A DNA stretch of 64,000 bases from an uncultured Poribacteria bacterium (lineage in GTDB: Bacteria > Poribacteria > WGA-4E > WGA-3G). Made by a program: the position numbers and the translations under genes. Shown here piece by piece: positions 9,884 through 19,964 of this stretch. A model generated the notes under the pieces. It was not told where the DNA came from. It searched no databases and was given only the letters and a program-made list of their open reading frames with translations. Positions within the stretch are counted from its first letter, which is position 1. Each line of letters begins with the position of its first letter. The stretch covers positions 736,001-800,000 of the forward strand of contig CATQHZ020000001.1 in NCBI GenBank assembly GCA_958296135.2. Reading direction: 5' to 3'.

Positions 9884-11791
9884 TCACCAAATAAAGCGAT
9901 ACATCGGTTTGTGGAGGAATATGCCCAAGAGGCCCCAAACACTGCCGATGAAGAATTCGCCGACGATGAGCCCTAAAAAGAAGGGCGCGACGCGGCGGAA
10001 CGTCCGAACGCCACCGAAACGGAGGATGGTTAACTTGATGAAATAACTGATAAATACCGAAAACCAGAAAAAGTTGACTGCCCAAGTCCCAGAGATGGCG
10101 TAGCCGATCGGATAGAGCGGCCACCAAAAAAAGCGGAGCCGCACTAAGGTGAACCCAAACGCGAAGAGCAGTCCGCAGAGCATGGCAATCACCGAGGGGA
10201 TATCGATAGGCATCGGGTTCGTCAGCCACTTTTGCGTGCGGTTGAATACTGAGCCAGACCAGACTTCAATCGCGCCGTGTTCATAACCGATGTGAAGTGC
10301 CACCCAGAATGCGACGAACGGGCTGAACACCATCGCCAGTAGCATTGCGACAGCGATGCGCCTCGGCGAACTATTCGCCCGTTCTGCTAATTTCAATCCT
10401 TCCAATTGATGGGGCATCGCATTGCCGCGGTAGGCGCGGTTGAAGCAGAAGACTAAGGCGAAGAGGGTTAAATTCTGTGCGCCGATGCGGCGCATCCCGA
10501 ACATTTTAGGCAGCAACACATCGGGGCCCATGGAGCGTAAATCGTGGATAGGCGGTCCCAACTCGGCGCGGATTCGCGTAATCACCGTAACCGTGGTCAG
10601 GTGGATGACGAAAACGAGGATGGCAACCCAGAGGGACATGCCTGCCATCCACCAGAAGCCGGTGAGCAGCAGGAATCCGCCGGTTAACCCTAGCACAGCG
10701 GTGCGATAGGACATTGCGTCGCCTTTCTCTTCTTCAGCAGGGTGCCATATCCGTGCTAGCACGTTTCGCAGATGGTGCCTTGCACTCCACAGTGTCATCG
10801 ACAGCACGCCGACGCAGACTCCAAACGACTGATCGAAGATAAACGGGAAGCCCGGAATCCGCTGTAATCCTGCTGCACTGCCGAAGATTAGCTCCAACTT
10901 CCAGAAAATGTAGAAAAACCAGAAGGTAAACGAGAGTTCTAGTGGGATAAAGTATGCCATCCCGATAACAAAGGGGAAGATGACGACAGGTGTCCATCCG
11001 ATAGCGTTCCACGGTTTCGTCGTGAACAGCGGCCGCAAATCGTAGAATTCGCCGCCGAGCCCCGGAAAGTTCGGGTAGAGGAAATGGAGGCCGTTGATAA
11101 CGTCAATGCTGCCGGCGAGAAGGATGCCTACCCACAGTGGTTTTGACCGGAAAAAGCGCGCCGTTGTCATCTGATACGGCAGTTCAATAATCGGGTAACT
11201 GAGTCGTTCCACTTCGATCCACTGCTTCCGCAGGATGACGTTAATGCAGAACGTCGTGAAGAGCAGGACGATGATGAACCCACTCCACGCCAGCACCGGC
11301 TTCCACCATAATTCCAGATGCTGCCTGAGATAGAGGCTGGATTCGCCGGTGAAGTAGACGGTGAGTCGGTTTTTATCGGTTAAGGCGAGCCAGTCCGGGA
11401 GATACCGGTGGAAGAGTGTCCGCCATTCATTTTCCTCTGTTGCCAGCCATCCTACCGTGGCGATGTTGGTGATAATCACCTCAACCAGGTCATGCCCACA
11501 GATGGCCGATGCTATGGCGAGCATGGCGTAAAGCGTTAGCAATTCGCCTTGCGTCAAGGCAGCCTTCGGAAAGAACCTGTGCGCCACTGCGTTGAGAGCA
11601 ATCAGTACACACAGCGCGAAGATGGTGTTAAAAAAAAGGGACATCGTCGTTGGGAACCCTTCGTCCCAACGCAGCGATGCGAACACCCAGTAGTTGTTGA
11701 AGGGGATGAGGGATAAACCGAGCCAGATGACCCGCCAGCGAATTTTTGAGGCGGATTTTTGAGATGGGCCTCTGCCTGGCGTGTTTCGCAT
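9884..11791 (-). CDS. Large polytopic membrane protein (DUF6785/DUF6784-like, putative transporter)
   Basis: More than 15 hydrophobic segments; GELLTLYAML, LRKQWIEVERLSYPI, WWPLYPIGY, PFFLGLIVGE. Start estimated. Confidence 0.7.
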   Translation of the reverse strand: MRNTPGRGPSQKSASKIRWRVIWLGLSLIPFNNYWVFASLRWDEGFPTTMSLFFNTIFALCVLIALNAVAHRFFPKAALTQGELLTLYAMLAIASAICGHDLVEVIITNIATVGWLATEENEWRTLFHRYLPDWLALTDKNRLTVYFTGESSLYLRQHLELWWKPVLAWSGFIIVLLFTTFCINVILRKQWIEVERLSYPIIELPYQMTTARFFRSKPLWVGILLAGSIDVINGLHFLYPNFPGLGGEFYDLRPLFTTKPWNAIGWTPVVIFPFVIGMAYFIPLELSFTFWFFYIFWKLELIFGSAAGLQRIPGFPFIFDQSFGVCVGVLSMTLWSARHHLRNVLARIWHPAEEEKGDAMSYRTAVLGLTGGFLLLTGFWWMAGMSLWVAILVFVIHLTTVTVITRIRAELGPPIHDLRSMGPDVLLPKMFGMRRIGAQNLTLFALVFCFNRAYRGNAMPHQLEGLKLAERANSSPRRIAVAMLLAMVFSPFVAFWVALHIGYEHGAIEVWSGSVFNRTQKWLTNPMPIDIPSVIAMLCGLLFAFGFTLVRLRFFWWPLYPIGYAISGTWAVNFFWFSVFISYFIKLTILRFGGVRTFRRVAPFFLGLIVGEFFIGSVWGLLGIFLHKPMYRFIW

Positions 11792-11904
11792 TTTGGCGTA
11801 TCCCTCATTTGATGATGGCCGGATTTTTATTCTAAGGGCGGATAGAGACATCCGCCCTGACACTTTCGGCGCGTGCAGCGGGCTGAATCTCTCTAAAGCC
11901 CCGG

Positions 11905-12690
11905 CTATTCTTTAATCACAAAGAATTTTTCCTCTTTAATCCGTTCTTCAGGGAACCGTGCGCGCGCCCAGATGGCTTTCGCGTTCTCGATCATCTGAGG
12001 GTGTCCACACGCATAAACGACTGCGTTGGTGTGCTCGAAGCCTTGCGCGTCCCCATATTTGCGGACGATATCTTCGGCGCGGCCGCTTTCTCCCTGCCAG
12101 GCCGGGTCTTCCCATGGACGACTGACTGTGGGGACAAAATTGAACCATTCTTCTTGTGCGGCGAGTTCGTTGAGTTCGTCCATGTAGTAGCCGAGTTCCC
12201 ATGAGCGGCTTGCGCCGACGATGGCGAGGAGTTGGTGCGGGCTCGGTTCGCCGCGTTCCTGCTCGATTTTCTGGGTGCGCGCGATGCTGATATAGGGGGC
12301 CGCGCCCGTGACGGTGCCGGCCATGAGGTGCCGCGTCATGCCGCTCTCGGTGTCCATGACAAACTTCCCGACGAGGCGTTCCCGGAAAAACACGCTGTCG
12401 CCGAGTTTCAATTCCCAGAACAGCGGTGTCGTCGCACCTTCCGGCACCAATTCCACGAACACTTCCATGAACGGTTCATGCGGCGAGGAGACGATGGAAT
12501 AGGGACGTTGGACAATCTTCTCACCGACCTGAAAGCCGATAGTGGCGTATTGCCCCGGAATAAACGGAAGTTGCTTCTCAGTCCGAAATTTGAACGCCGC
12601 CAAGTCTTCGGAAAAGTCCTCACGTTCAATGAGTTCGCCTTTACAATACTGCGTTCTGGCGCGTCTTCTTTGCATAATAAGTTCCTTCAC
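11905..12690 (-). CDS. fpr: Ferredoxin/flavodoxin-NADP+ reductase
   Basis: FIPGQY, QRPYSIVS, GTVTGAAPY, YACGHPQMI, terminal EKFF. Confidence 0.88.
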   Translation of the reverse strand: MKELIMQRRRARTQYCKGELIEREDFSEDLAAFKFRTEKQLPFIPGQYATIGFQVGEKIVQRPYSIVSSPHEPFMEVFVELVPEGATTPLFWELKLGDSVFFRERLVGKFVMDTESGMTRHLMAGTVTGAAPYISIARTQKIEQERGEPSPHQLLAIVGASRSWELGYYMDELNELAAQEEWFNFVPTVSRPWEDPAWQGESGRAEDIVRKYGDAQGFEHTNAVVYACGHPQMIENAKAIWARARFPEERIKEEKFFVIKE

Positions 12691-13058
12691 AATTAAATCA
12701 AGTTACGTCAAAAACCTCCGCAGAACGACTCAGGTCTCCCCGTTTGTAGTTTGGGCTCAGGCGAGCCTGAACGGGGCAAGATCCGGCGGTCTGGTTTCCC
12801 AACAGGGCGGGGCCCATTGTTGATTTTCACGGTGGTTTCCGTTAAAAACGGAAAACTACATCGTACTGAAAACCTCTGAACAAGTTTTTGACAATCGGGT
12901 TTGGTTGCATCTTTGCAGTATTATATATGAAAAACCAACGTGGATCAAGTTAAAACTTTTTCCTTGAAATATAATGCGGGTTTGGTTAATATGTGTAACG
13001 TAACCTAGACGCATCAAACTGCGTTTTTAAACGAAAACTATAGGAGGATAGAATCATC

Positions 13059-13838
13059 ATGTTGAAATTTATGAACGTCTTCGCTGTTGTCATCGTGCTG
13101 GTTGCGGGGTTCGTTTTCAGCGTCCAAGGCGCGAGGGATGACTGCGAAAATATTGATGGCAAAGGCGCGAAGCCCATCGATGAAGTCGGGAAAGAAAAGG
13201 ATGCCGTTCAAAACGATTACGACGAAGTCGTTGAAGAGGACGAACGCAAAGGGGTTACTTACCTCTCCCTCATTGGCGGCAGTCAACCCAAACCGAACGC
13301 CTGTGGACTCAATCCGAAAAATAAGGAAGATGAGTGGACTGGCTGGGGTGGCCCGCTGGATACCGACAACGCGACTATCGGTGAAGGTGTCGGCACGCGG
13401 AACGAAATCGTTATCGGTGGCATTTATTTTCCGCGCGGCATCGGCACACATACCATTGGCACACTCGTCTATGATCTTTCCGGTGACGACTACCTCAAAT
13501 TTGAGGGATACATCGGCATGGCAGACGAGAAGGACCCGGGCGAGTGCGGGCACGGCGGCAGCGGCGATTTCATCTTTAATATTGATGGCAAGGAAGCCTA
13601 TGCGTCCAAGACACTCCAGGGCACCGAAGATGGCAAGAATGTTGACGCAGTGAAAGTTGAGATTGACATTCCGGCGAACGCGAAGGAATTGGAGATTATC
13701 ATGGGCGATGGCGGCGATGGGCTCGGCTGTGACCATTCCGCAATTGGCGATGCGAAGCTGCTCAACGCGCAGGCACTTGTTGTTGAACCGGCAAATAAGC
13801 TTCCGACGATCTGGGGGCATCTGAAAACTCGGTACTAG
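13059..13838 (+). CDS. Secreted NPCBM/NEW2 carbohydrate-binding domain protein
   Basis: Signal peptide; RGIGTH, YDLSG, FEGYIG, GDGLGCDHSAIGDAKL; C-terminal VEPANKLPTIWGHLK. Confidence 0.8.
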   Translation: MLKFMNVFAVVIVLVAGFVFSVQGARDDCENIDGKGAKPIDEVGKEKDAVQNDYDEVVEEDERKGVTYLSLIGGSQPKPNACGLNPKNKEDEWTGWGGPLDTDNATIGEGVGTRNEIVIGGIYFPRGIGTHTIGTLVYDLSGDDYLKFEGYIGMADEKDPGECGHGGSGDFIFNIDGKEAYASKTLQGTEDGKNVDAVKVEIDIPANAKELEIIMGDGGDGLGCDHSAIGDAKLLNAQALVVEPANKLPTIWGHLKTRY

Positions 13839-14139
13839 GAAGCGTGTGTGGGAGCTTGCTCCTACCGGTATGAAATGTAAGGACAGATTTCTATATCTGT
13901 CCTTTTTTTGTGCAAACACAGATTCTGTAGAGAAACCAGCTCGCCGGATCTTGCCCTGCTTTGTTTAGGCGAGCTCAAACTACAGGTATGTAACAACTGA
14001 ATCGCTCTTGGGGCAAACGCGTTTTTCCTTGCAATTTTATTTCGTTTATGGTATCATATTAAAAAGAGTTGCTACGCCTGAACCGTGGCGTGGTATTTTA
14101 CGTTCAAAACGAACTTCATTTCGTAAGGAGAAAAATCGA

Positions 14140-14907
14140 ATGAAAAAAGTTATTTTGACCCTCGGCGTGCTGGTTTTCAGCCTCATCGCTGTGCACATCA
14201 GCACCGCCGAGATTGACCTGGGGACAGCCGTCGGTATCTGGCTCTTTGACGAAGGTAAAGGCGAAGTTGCCGGTGACCTGTCTGACGCAGGAAATGATGG
14301 CGATCTGGTAAAATCGCCTGCCTGGGTGAAAGGCAAATACGGGATGGCTCTTGAATTTGATGGGAAAGCCAGCTGTGTCAAAACCGAACAGAAGCTCCTT
14401 GATGGTTTAGAGGAGTTCACGATTATTACGTGGGTGCAGACCGGGGACATCACGGCGAACCGTATCGGCCTCGTCGGGCAAAACGATTCGCCGGAATTCG
14501 GGTTTATCAATCCAAACGAGTTGAACCTCTGGACACCCACCGCTGGTGGAACCTCGAACCCGTGGAAATTCAAGCACGATGATGGCGAGTGGCACCACGT
14601 CGGTTGTGTCGCCACGACAGACTATGTCCACGTCTACATTGATGGCGAGTATGTTGAGAAGAAGGGCGGTTGGGCAGATCACGGCGCGTCCGGCTTTAAC
14701 GTGAACATCGGCGGTTGCGGCGTGTGGGATCCCAACGGCAACTTTTTCACGGGTGCCATGGACGAAGTCGCCATCTTCCACTCTGCGCTAGAGCAAGAGG
14801 ATATCCAGACGTTGATGGATGGCTTCCAGACCTATTTGGCGGTTGAACCGGCGAATAAGTTGAGCGTGACGTGGGGCCATCTGAAATCGATTAATCATTT
14901 CCGGTAG
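14140..14907 (+). CDS. Secreted LamG-like jellyroll protein, copy 1
   Basis: GIWLFDEGKG, GKYGMALEFDG, WHHVG, FTGAMDEVAIF; AAGGAG RBS before ATG 14140. Confidence 0.88.
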   Translation: MKKVILTLGVLVFSLIAVHISTAEIDLGTAVGIWLFDEGKGEVAGDLSDAGNDGDLVKSPAWVKGKYGMALEFDGKASCVKTEQKLLDGLEEFTIITWVQTGDITANRIGLVGQNDSPEFGFINPNELNLWTPTAGGTSNPWKFKHDDGEWHHVGCVATTDYVHVYIDGEYVEKKGGWADHGASGFNVNIGGCGVWDPNGNFFTGAMDEVAIFHSALEQEDIQTLMDGFQTYLAVEPANKLSVTWGHLKSINHFR

Positions 14908-14975
14908 GCGCGGTTTGTAAGCACCCCGGTTGTCCGGGGTGCATAAGTCCTCATTTCATAAAGGAGAAGAATTGT

Positions 14976-15743
14976 ATGAAAAAAGTTGTATTAACCCTCG
15001 GTGTGCTGGTTTTCAGCCTCATCGCTGCACACATCAGCACCGCCGAGATTGATCTGGAGACAGCCGTCGGCATCTGGCTTTTTGACGAAGGTAAAGGCGA
15101 AGTTGCCGGGGACTTTTCTGACGCAGGAAACGATGGCGAGCTGGTGGACTCGCCTGCTTGGGTGAAAGGCAAATTCGGGATGGCTCTTGAATTTGACGGG
15201 AAAGCCAGCTGCGTCAAAACCGAGCAGAAGCTCCTTGATAGTTTGGAAGAGTTCACGATTATTACGTGGGTGCAGACCGGGGACATCACGGCGAACCGTA
15301 TCGGCCTCGTCGGGCAGAACGATGCGCCGGAATTCGGGTTTGGTAATCCGAAGGAGCTGGCTCTCTGGACACCGACCTCGGGTTGGAACCCGCACCCTTG
15401 GAAATTGAAGCACGGCGATGGCGAGTGGCACCACGTCGGTTGTGTCGCCACGACGGACTATGTCCACGTCTACATTGATGGCGAATATACCGAGAAGAAG
15501 GGCGGTTGGGCCAATCACGGCGCGTCCGGCTTTAACGTGAACATCGGCGGTTGCGGCGTGTGGGATCCCAATGGCAACTTTTTCACGGGTGCCATGGACG
15601 AAGTCGCCATCTTCCATGCCGCGCTGGAGCAAGAGGATATCCAGACGCTGATGGGTGGCTTCAACGCGTATTTGGCGGTTGAACCGGCGAATAAGCTGAG
15701 CGTGACGTGGGGCCATCTGAAATCGATTAATCATTTCCGGTAA
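14976..15743 (+). CDS. Secreted LamG-like jellyroll protein, copy 2 (tandem paralog)
   Basis: Same length (255 aa) as 14140-14907 and near-identical to it. Confidence 0.88.
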   Translation: MKKVVLTLGVLVFSLIAAHISTAEIDLETAVGIWLFDEGKGEVAGDFSDAGNDGELVDSPAWVKGKFGMALEFDGKASCVKTEQKLLDSLEEFTIITWVQTGDITANRIGLVGQNDAPEFGFGNPKELALWTPTSGWNPHPWKLKHGDGEWHHVGCVATTDYVHVYIDGEYTEKKGGWANHGASGFNVNIGGCGVWDPNGNFFTGAMDEVAIFHAALEQEDIQTLMGGFNAYLAVEPANKLSVTWGHLKSINHFR

Positions 15744-15901
15744 GCCCTTCCAGATCTGGTTCTCTTTTGTTGGAGACGTAGGGCGGGGGCTTGTCCTTCG
15801 CCTCTCCATCGTATGCGAGAAACAGTGCCTCGCGCTACGGTAAAAGGCGCGAGGGTTGCGAGTTGAAAATCCGTACACGTGGTTGCAGGGAGTCATACAA
15901 A

Positions 15902-16120
15902 ATGAACCTACAGAAAATGCTGACGCAGGAGATGCATGAACTGCGTCGCCGCAATCCAGCGTTTCACGCGCTTTTGAATCAACTCCTGCATTACAAAGGC
16001 GGCACGGGAAATTATTCGGTCGACCGGCACGAACGGTTGGACGATGACCCGGATATTGAGACGCTCGCAGCGCGAATCCAACGCAGACGCGGGGCCGCGC
16101 CGAAGAACGAAAGCGCGTAA
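15902..16120 (+). CDS. Small hypothetical protein (72 aa)
   Basis: GGGAG RBS, then ATG MNLQKMLTQEMHELRRR...; directly upstream of the RM gene. Confidence 0.45.
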   Translation: MNLQKMLTQEMHELRRRNPAFHALLNQLLHYKGGTGNYSVDRHERLDDDPDIETLAARIQRRRGAAPKNESA

Positions 16121-16130
16121 ACGAAAACCA

Positions 16131-16195
16131 CCGGTAGGCGCGGTTACAAACCGCGCCTACCGAATTGTAAGGGCGGATGTCTCTATCCGCCCTAC
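16131..16195. repeat. Two REP palindromes (GTAGGCGCGG...CCGCGCCTAC and GTAAGGGCGGAT...ATCCGCCCTAC)
   Basis: Both families recur. Family 1: 31364, 41770, 50501, 60602. Family 2: 11832, 13877, 62027. Confidence 0.75.
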
Positions 16196-16210
16196 CGCTC
16201 TGAAAAAACG

Positions 16211-19200
16211 ATGCCAACACTCAACCTCAAACCCCACCACACTGCTGTCAAAGAATACTACGCGGCGCAGGAACGATACGCGCAGCAGAATGTCACGCGC
16301 GAAACCGCCGTGCGCGGTGCATTCGTCCCACTTCTAGAAACCTGCGCACGCCAAATGCACTGGACGCTCCTCCTCGAAGAGCCGCTCCACACTCAGCAAA
16401 ACCGGCGGATTGTCATCGATGGCGTGCTTGTTGACGATTTCCGATTGCCGCAAGGCTACTACGAAGCGAAGGATATTGACGATAATCTGGATGCTGAAAT
16501 TGACAAGAAAACCGCTGCTGGCTACCCGCTTGATAATACCCTCTTCCAAAACCCGGAACGGGCAATTCTCTATCAAAACGGCGAGAAGGTGATGGAGGCA
16601 GACCTGGGGGATGAGGCACAACTTGTCGAAATCCTCAAGGCGTTCTGTGCTTACCGTGCGGATAACGTCGCCGAATGGCAGGCGGCGGTGGCAGAATTCA
16701 AGACGCAGGTGCAGGCACTCGGACAACAGGCGACGCGCCTCATCCAAGCCGAACTGCAGGAAAACCCGCACTTTCAAGAGGTGTTCACCAGTTTCCACCA
16801 ACACTGCCGAGACTCGATTAACCCGAACCTCTCTGCAGCCGCTGTGGAAGAGATGTTGGTGCAGCATCTGTTGACGGAACGCACTTTCCGCACGGTATTC
16901 AATAACCCGGATTTCACGCAGCGGAACGTCATCGCCCGTGAAATCGCGAACGTTATCAGCGTGCTAACCGAGCAGGAGTTCAGCCAAGGCGAATTCCTCA
17001 AACCGCTAGACCGGTTTTACGACACCATTGAACGCACCGCCGCGGATTTGAAGGACTTCTCCCAAAAACAGCATTTTCTTAACACGGTCTACGAACAGTT
17101 CTTCCAAGGCTTTTCTGTCGATGTAGCGGATACGCACGGCATCGTCTATACGCCGCAACCCATCGTCAGTTTCATGGTGAAAAGCGTTGAACAGATTCTG
17201 CAAACCGAGTTTAACCGTTCGCTTTCGGATGCGGGGGTGCATCTCATCGATGCGTTCGTCGGCACCGGCAACTTCATCGTTCATCTGATGCGCGAAATCG
17301 GCGAGAAGAGCAAAATCGCGCTGATGGACAAATACGCCGGCGAACTCTGGTGCAACGAGGTGCTACTGCTCCCATACTACATTGCGACGCTCAACATTGA
17401 GCATGAATTTTACGTCACCACCGGGAGGTACCGTCCGTTTGAGGGTATCTGCCTCGTGGATACGTTTGATTTGGCGGAGGGGCGGCAGACGGAGATGTTC
17501 GCGCCTGATAATACGCAGCGCGTTGAAAAACAGAAGGCATCGCCGATGTTCATCGTTATCGGGAATCCGCCCTATAATATCGGGCAAGTGAATCAGAACG
17601 ATAACAACAAGAACCGGAAGTATCCGATGATGGATGCGCGTGTGCGGGAGACGTATACGCGAGCCTCCAACGCGCAAAATAACAAACCGCTGGCAGACCC
17701 GTATGTTAAGTCAATTCGGTGGGCTTCCGACAGAATCGGCAAGGAAGGCATCGTCGCTCTCGTCACAAACAACAGTTTTCTCAACGATAGGGCATTTGAT
17801 GGGATGCGGAAACAACTCGCAGCCGACTTTGATGCCCTCTACATTATGGATTTAGGCGGCAACGTTCGCCAGAATCCAAAAATCTCCGGCACCAAGCATA
17901 ACGTTTTCGGCATTCAGGTTGGAGTGTGCATCAGCTTTTTCGTGAAAAAAAGTAGTGCATCCGATTCCCAGACCGGCATATTCTACGCGCGGCTTGATGA
18001 GTTCGCGACGAAGGAAGATAAGTATCGCTATCTCAACGCGACAGAACATTGCGGGAACGTTGAATGGAAACGGATAACACCTGACGAACGACAGACGTGG
18101 TTAACCGAAGGGCTCCAAGCCGAATTTGAGTCCTTTCTTCCGATGGGACGTAAGGAAGTTAAGAATGGAAAAGCGGAACCGGTTAATACGATTTTTAAAA
18201 CGTATAGTCTCGGCGTGGTGACGAACCGGGATGCATGGGCGTGCAATTTCGACGCGCGCGCCTTGACAGAGAATCTGTCTCGGATGATGGAGTTCTACAA
18301 CACTGAAGTTGGCAGATGGGAACGGCGGATGGACAGGGATATCAGCGTCACCGATTTTGTGGATACCGATAAGACCAAGGTTAAGTGGACTCGGAGTCTG
18401 CTGTCAAAACTGCGCAATGGCAGACAGGCTGCATTTTCGCCGGAAAAGGTGCGGACGGCTCACTATCGGCCGTTTACGAAACTGAATCTCTACTTCGATC
18501 GGATGATGAACGAGTGCGTTTATGTGATGCCATCTATCTTTCCGATACCTGAAACCGAGAAGGAAAATCGCGTGATTTGCGTCAGCGGTCCAGCGAGTAA
18601 AAAACCGTTTCAGGTCTTCATGGTAGATGTGATTCCGTGCATGGATCTGCTTGAAAAAACGCAGTGCTTCCCTTTCTATACTTACGATGAGGATGGCACG
18701 AACCGGCGTGAAAACATCACGGATTGGACGTTAGCAGCGTTCCGGTCGCGCTACGGCGATGCTTCCATCACGAAGTGGGATATTTTCAACTATACCTACG
18801 GGCTGTTGCATCATCCTTCGTATAGCGAGGCGTATCAGGCGAATCTGCGTCGCGATTTGCCGCATCTCCCGTTTGCGCCCGATTTCTGGGCATTTGCGAA
18901 GGCGGGGGCGCAGTTGGCTGAGTTACACGTCAACTATGAGTCGCAGCCGGAGTATCCGTTGCGGCTGGAGGAGAATCCTGATGCTTCTCCCGATTGGCGC
19001 GTGGAAAAGATGAAGTTGTCCAAGGACAAGACGGAGATTCGGTATAACGAATGGTTAACGCTGGCGGATATTCCAGCCGAGGCGTTTGCGTATCGGTTAG
19101 GCGCGATTTCGGCGTTGGAGTGGGTGGTGGAGCGGTATCGTGTTAAACGCGACAAACCGAGCGGCATCGTGAACGATGCGAATTGTGCGGCGGCGGAGCG

Positions 19201-19285
19201 TTCTATCGTGGAGCTCATTCGGAAGGTGACGTGGGTGAGTTTAGAGACGGTTCGGGTTGTTGCGGGTTTGCCTGCGTTGATTTGA
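16211..19285 (+). CDS. Single-chain restriction-modification enzyme (Type IIG/IIL, Type ISP-like without helicase)
   Basis: N-terminal IDG...YEAK nuclease motif, GIVYTP, DAFVGTGNF (motif I), GNPPY (motif IV), Type ISP C-terminal-like specificity region (LGVVTNRD, YRPF, SALEWVVERY). Confidence 0.85.
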   Translation: MPTLNLKPHHTAVKEYYAAQERYAQQNVTRETAVRGAFVPLLETCARQMHWTLLLEEPLHTQQNRRIVIDGVLVDDFRLPQGYYEAKDIDDNLDAEIDKKTAAGYPLDNTLFQNPERAILYQNGEKVMEADLGDEAQLVEILKAFCAYRADNVAEWQAAVAEFKTQVQALGQQATRLIQAELQENPHFQEVFTSFHQHCRDSINPNLSAAAVEEMLVQHLLTERTFRTVFNNPDFTQRNVIAREIANVISVLTEQEFSQGEFLKPLDRFYDTIERTAADLKDFSQKQHFLNTVYEQFFQGFSVDVADTHGIVYTPQPIVSFMVKSVEQILQTEFNRSLSDAGVHLIDAFVGTGNFIVHLMREIGEKSKIALMDKYAGELWCNEVLLLPYYIATLNIEHEFYVTTGRYRPFEGICLVDTFDLAEGRQTEMFAPDNTQRVEKQKASPMFIVIGNPPYNIGQVNQNDNNKNRKYPMMDARVRETYTRASNAQNNKPLADPYVKSIRWASDRIGKEGIVALVTNNSFLNDRAFDGMRKQLAADFDALYIMDLGGNVRQNPKISGTKHNVFGIQVGVCISFFVKKSSASDSQTGIFYARLDEFATKEDKYRYLNATEHCGNVEWKRITPDERQTWLTEGLQAEFESFLPMGRKEVKNGKAEPVNTIFKTYSLGVVTNRDAWACNFDARALTENLSRMMEFYNTEVGRWERRMDRDISVTDFVDTDKTKVKWTRSLLSKLRNGRQAAFSPEKVRTAHYRPFTKLNLYFDRMMNECVYVMPSIFPIPETEKENRVICVSGPASKKPFQVFMVDVIPCMDLLEKTQCFPFYTYDEDGTNRRENITDWTLAAFRSRYGDASITKWDIFNYTYGLLHHPSYSEAYQANLRRDLPHLPFAPDFWAFAKAGAQLAELHVNYESQPEYPLRLEENPDASPDWRVEKMKLSKDKTEIRYNEWLTLADIPAEAFAYRLGAISALEWVVERYRVKRDKPSGIVNDANCAAAERSIVELIRKVTWVSLETVRVVAGLPALI

Positions 19286-19326
19286 GCGGGGGTGCCGTTT
19301 TGCCTGTGTTGGGCGGAGGTATTGAA

Positions 19327-19899
19327 ATGAAAGGCATTGTTGTTTTGATATTGGCGTTGTTTTTGGCTGCGCCGGTGCACGGGCAGCTCACCGAAGAGAA
19401 AGTGGCGCAGATTATGAATGCCGCCCTTGTGCCGGTGATGAACGAGTTGCGCGTCATGAAGGAGGAATTCCGCGTCATGAAAGAAGATGTCCGTGTCGTG
19501 AAAGAAGATGTCCGCGAACTGAAAGAGGAGTTCAGCGAACTGAAAGAGGAGTTCAGCGTGGTGAAAAAGACGGTCCAAGCGGGGGAAGTTGCGCTCAGCG
19601 GACTGCAGAGCGAGGTCCGCGGGAACGGGACTCGGATTACCGATGTGCGAGTGCAACTGACTTGGCAGTCAAGTGCGCTGCTAACGGTGTCAGGCTTGCT
19701 GGTGACGCTGCTGCTGTGGCTGCTCAAGCGGGCGTGGGATGAGCGTCGTGCGGAGCGCGAAGAGTTGGCGGAGAAGCAGGTAGAGTTGGCGGAGAAGCAG
19801 GCAGAGATTGTCCAGTTGCGCGCCGAGAACGAACGGCTCAAACCGCAGATTTTCACGGAACGTGGGGAGCCTGCCAATGTTTCCAGGAACGTGCCTTAA
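19327..19899 (+). CDS. Signal-peptide, heptad coiled-coil, single-TM protein
   Basis: GGAGG RBS; six 21-bp heptad repeats (19450-19575); TM segment ALLTVSGLLVTLLLWLL; second 21-bp duplication. Confidence 0.75.
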   Translation: MKGIVVLILALFLAAPVHGQLTEEKVAQIMNAALVPVMNELRVMKEEFRVMKEDVRVVKEDVRELKEEFSELKEEFSVVKKTVQAGEVALSGLQSEVRGNGTRITDVRVQLTWQSSALLTVSGLLVTLLLWLLKRAWDERRAEREELAEKQVELAEKQAEIVQLRAENERLKPQIFTERGEPANVSRNVP

Positions 19900-19964
19900 C
19901 CCGAAAGCGGGTGAGTCAACAGCCTGCGCCGATGCGAAAGCAATAATATCCGAGGAGGGGAAAT

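Noticed and set aside
14140-15743. DGR template/variable repeat pair
   Set aside because: Both copies are full genes, differences are not adenine-specific, and no reverse transcriptase is present.
14991-16220. 409-aa antisense ORF and similar long shadow ORFs
   Set aside because: They lie opposite well-supported genes, as expected from codon bias at this GC content.
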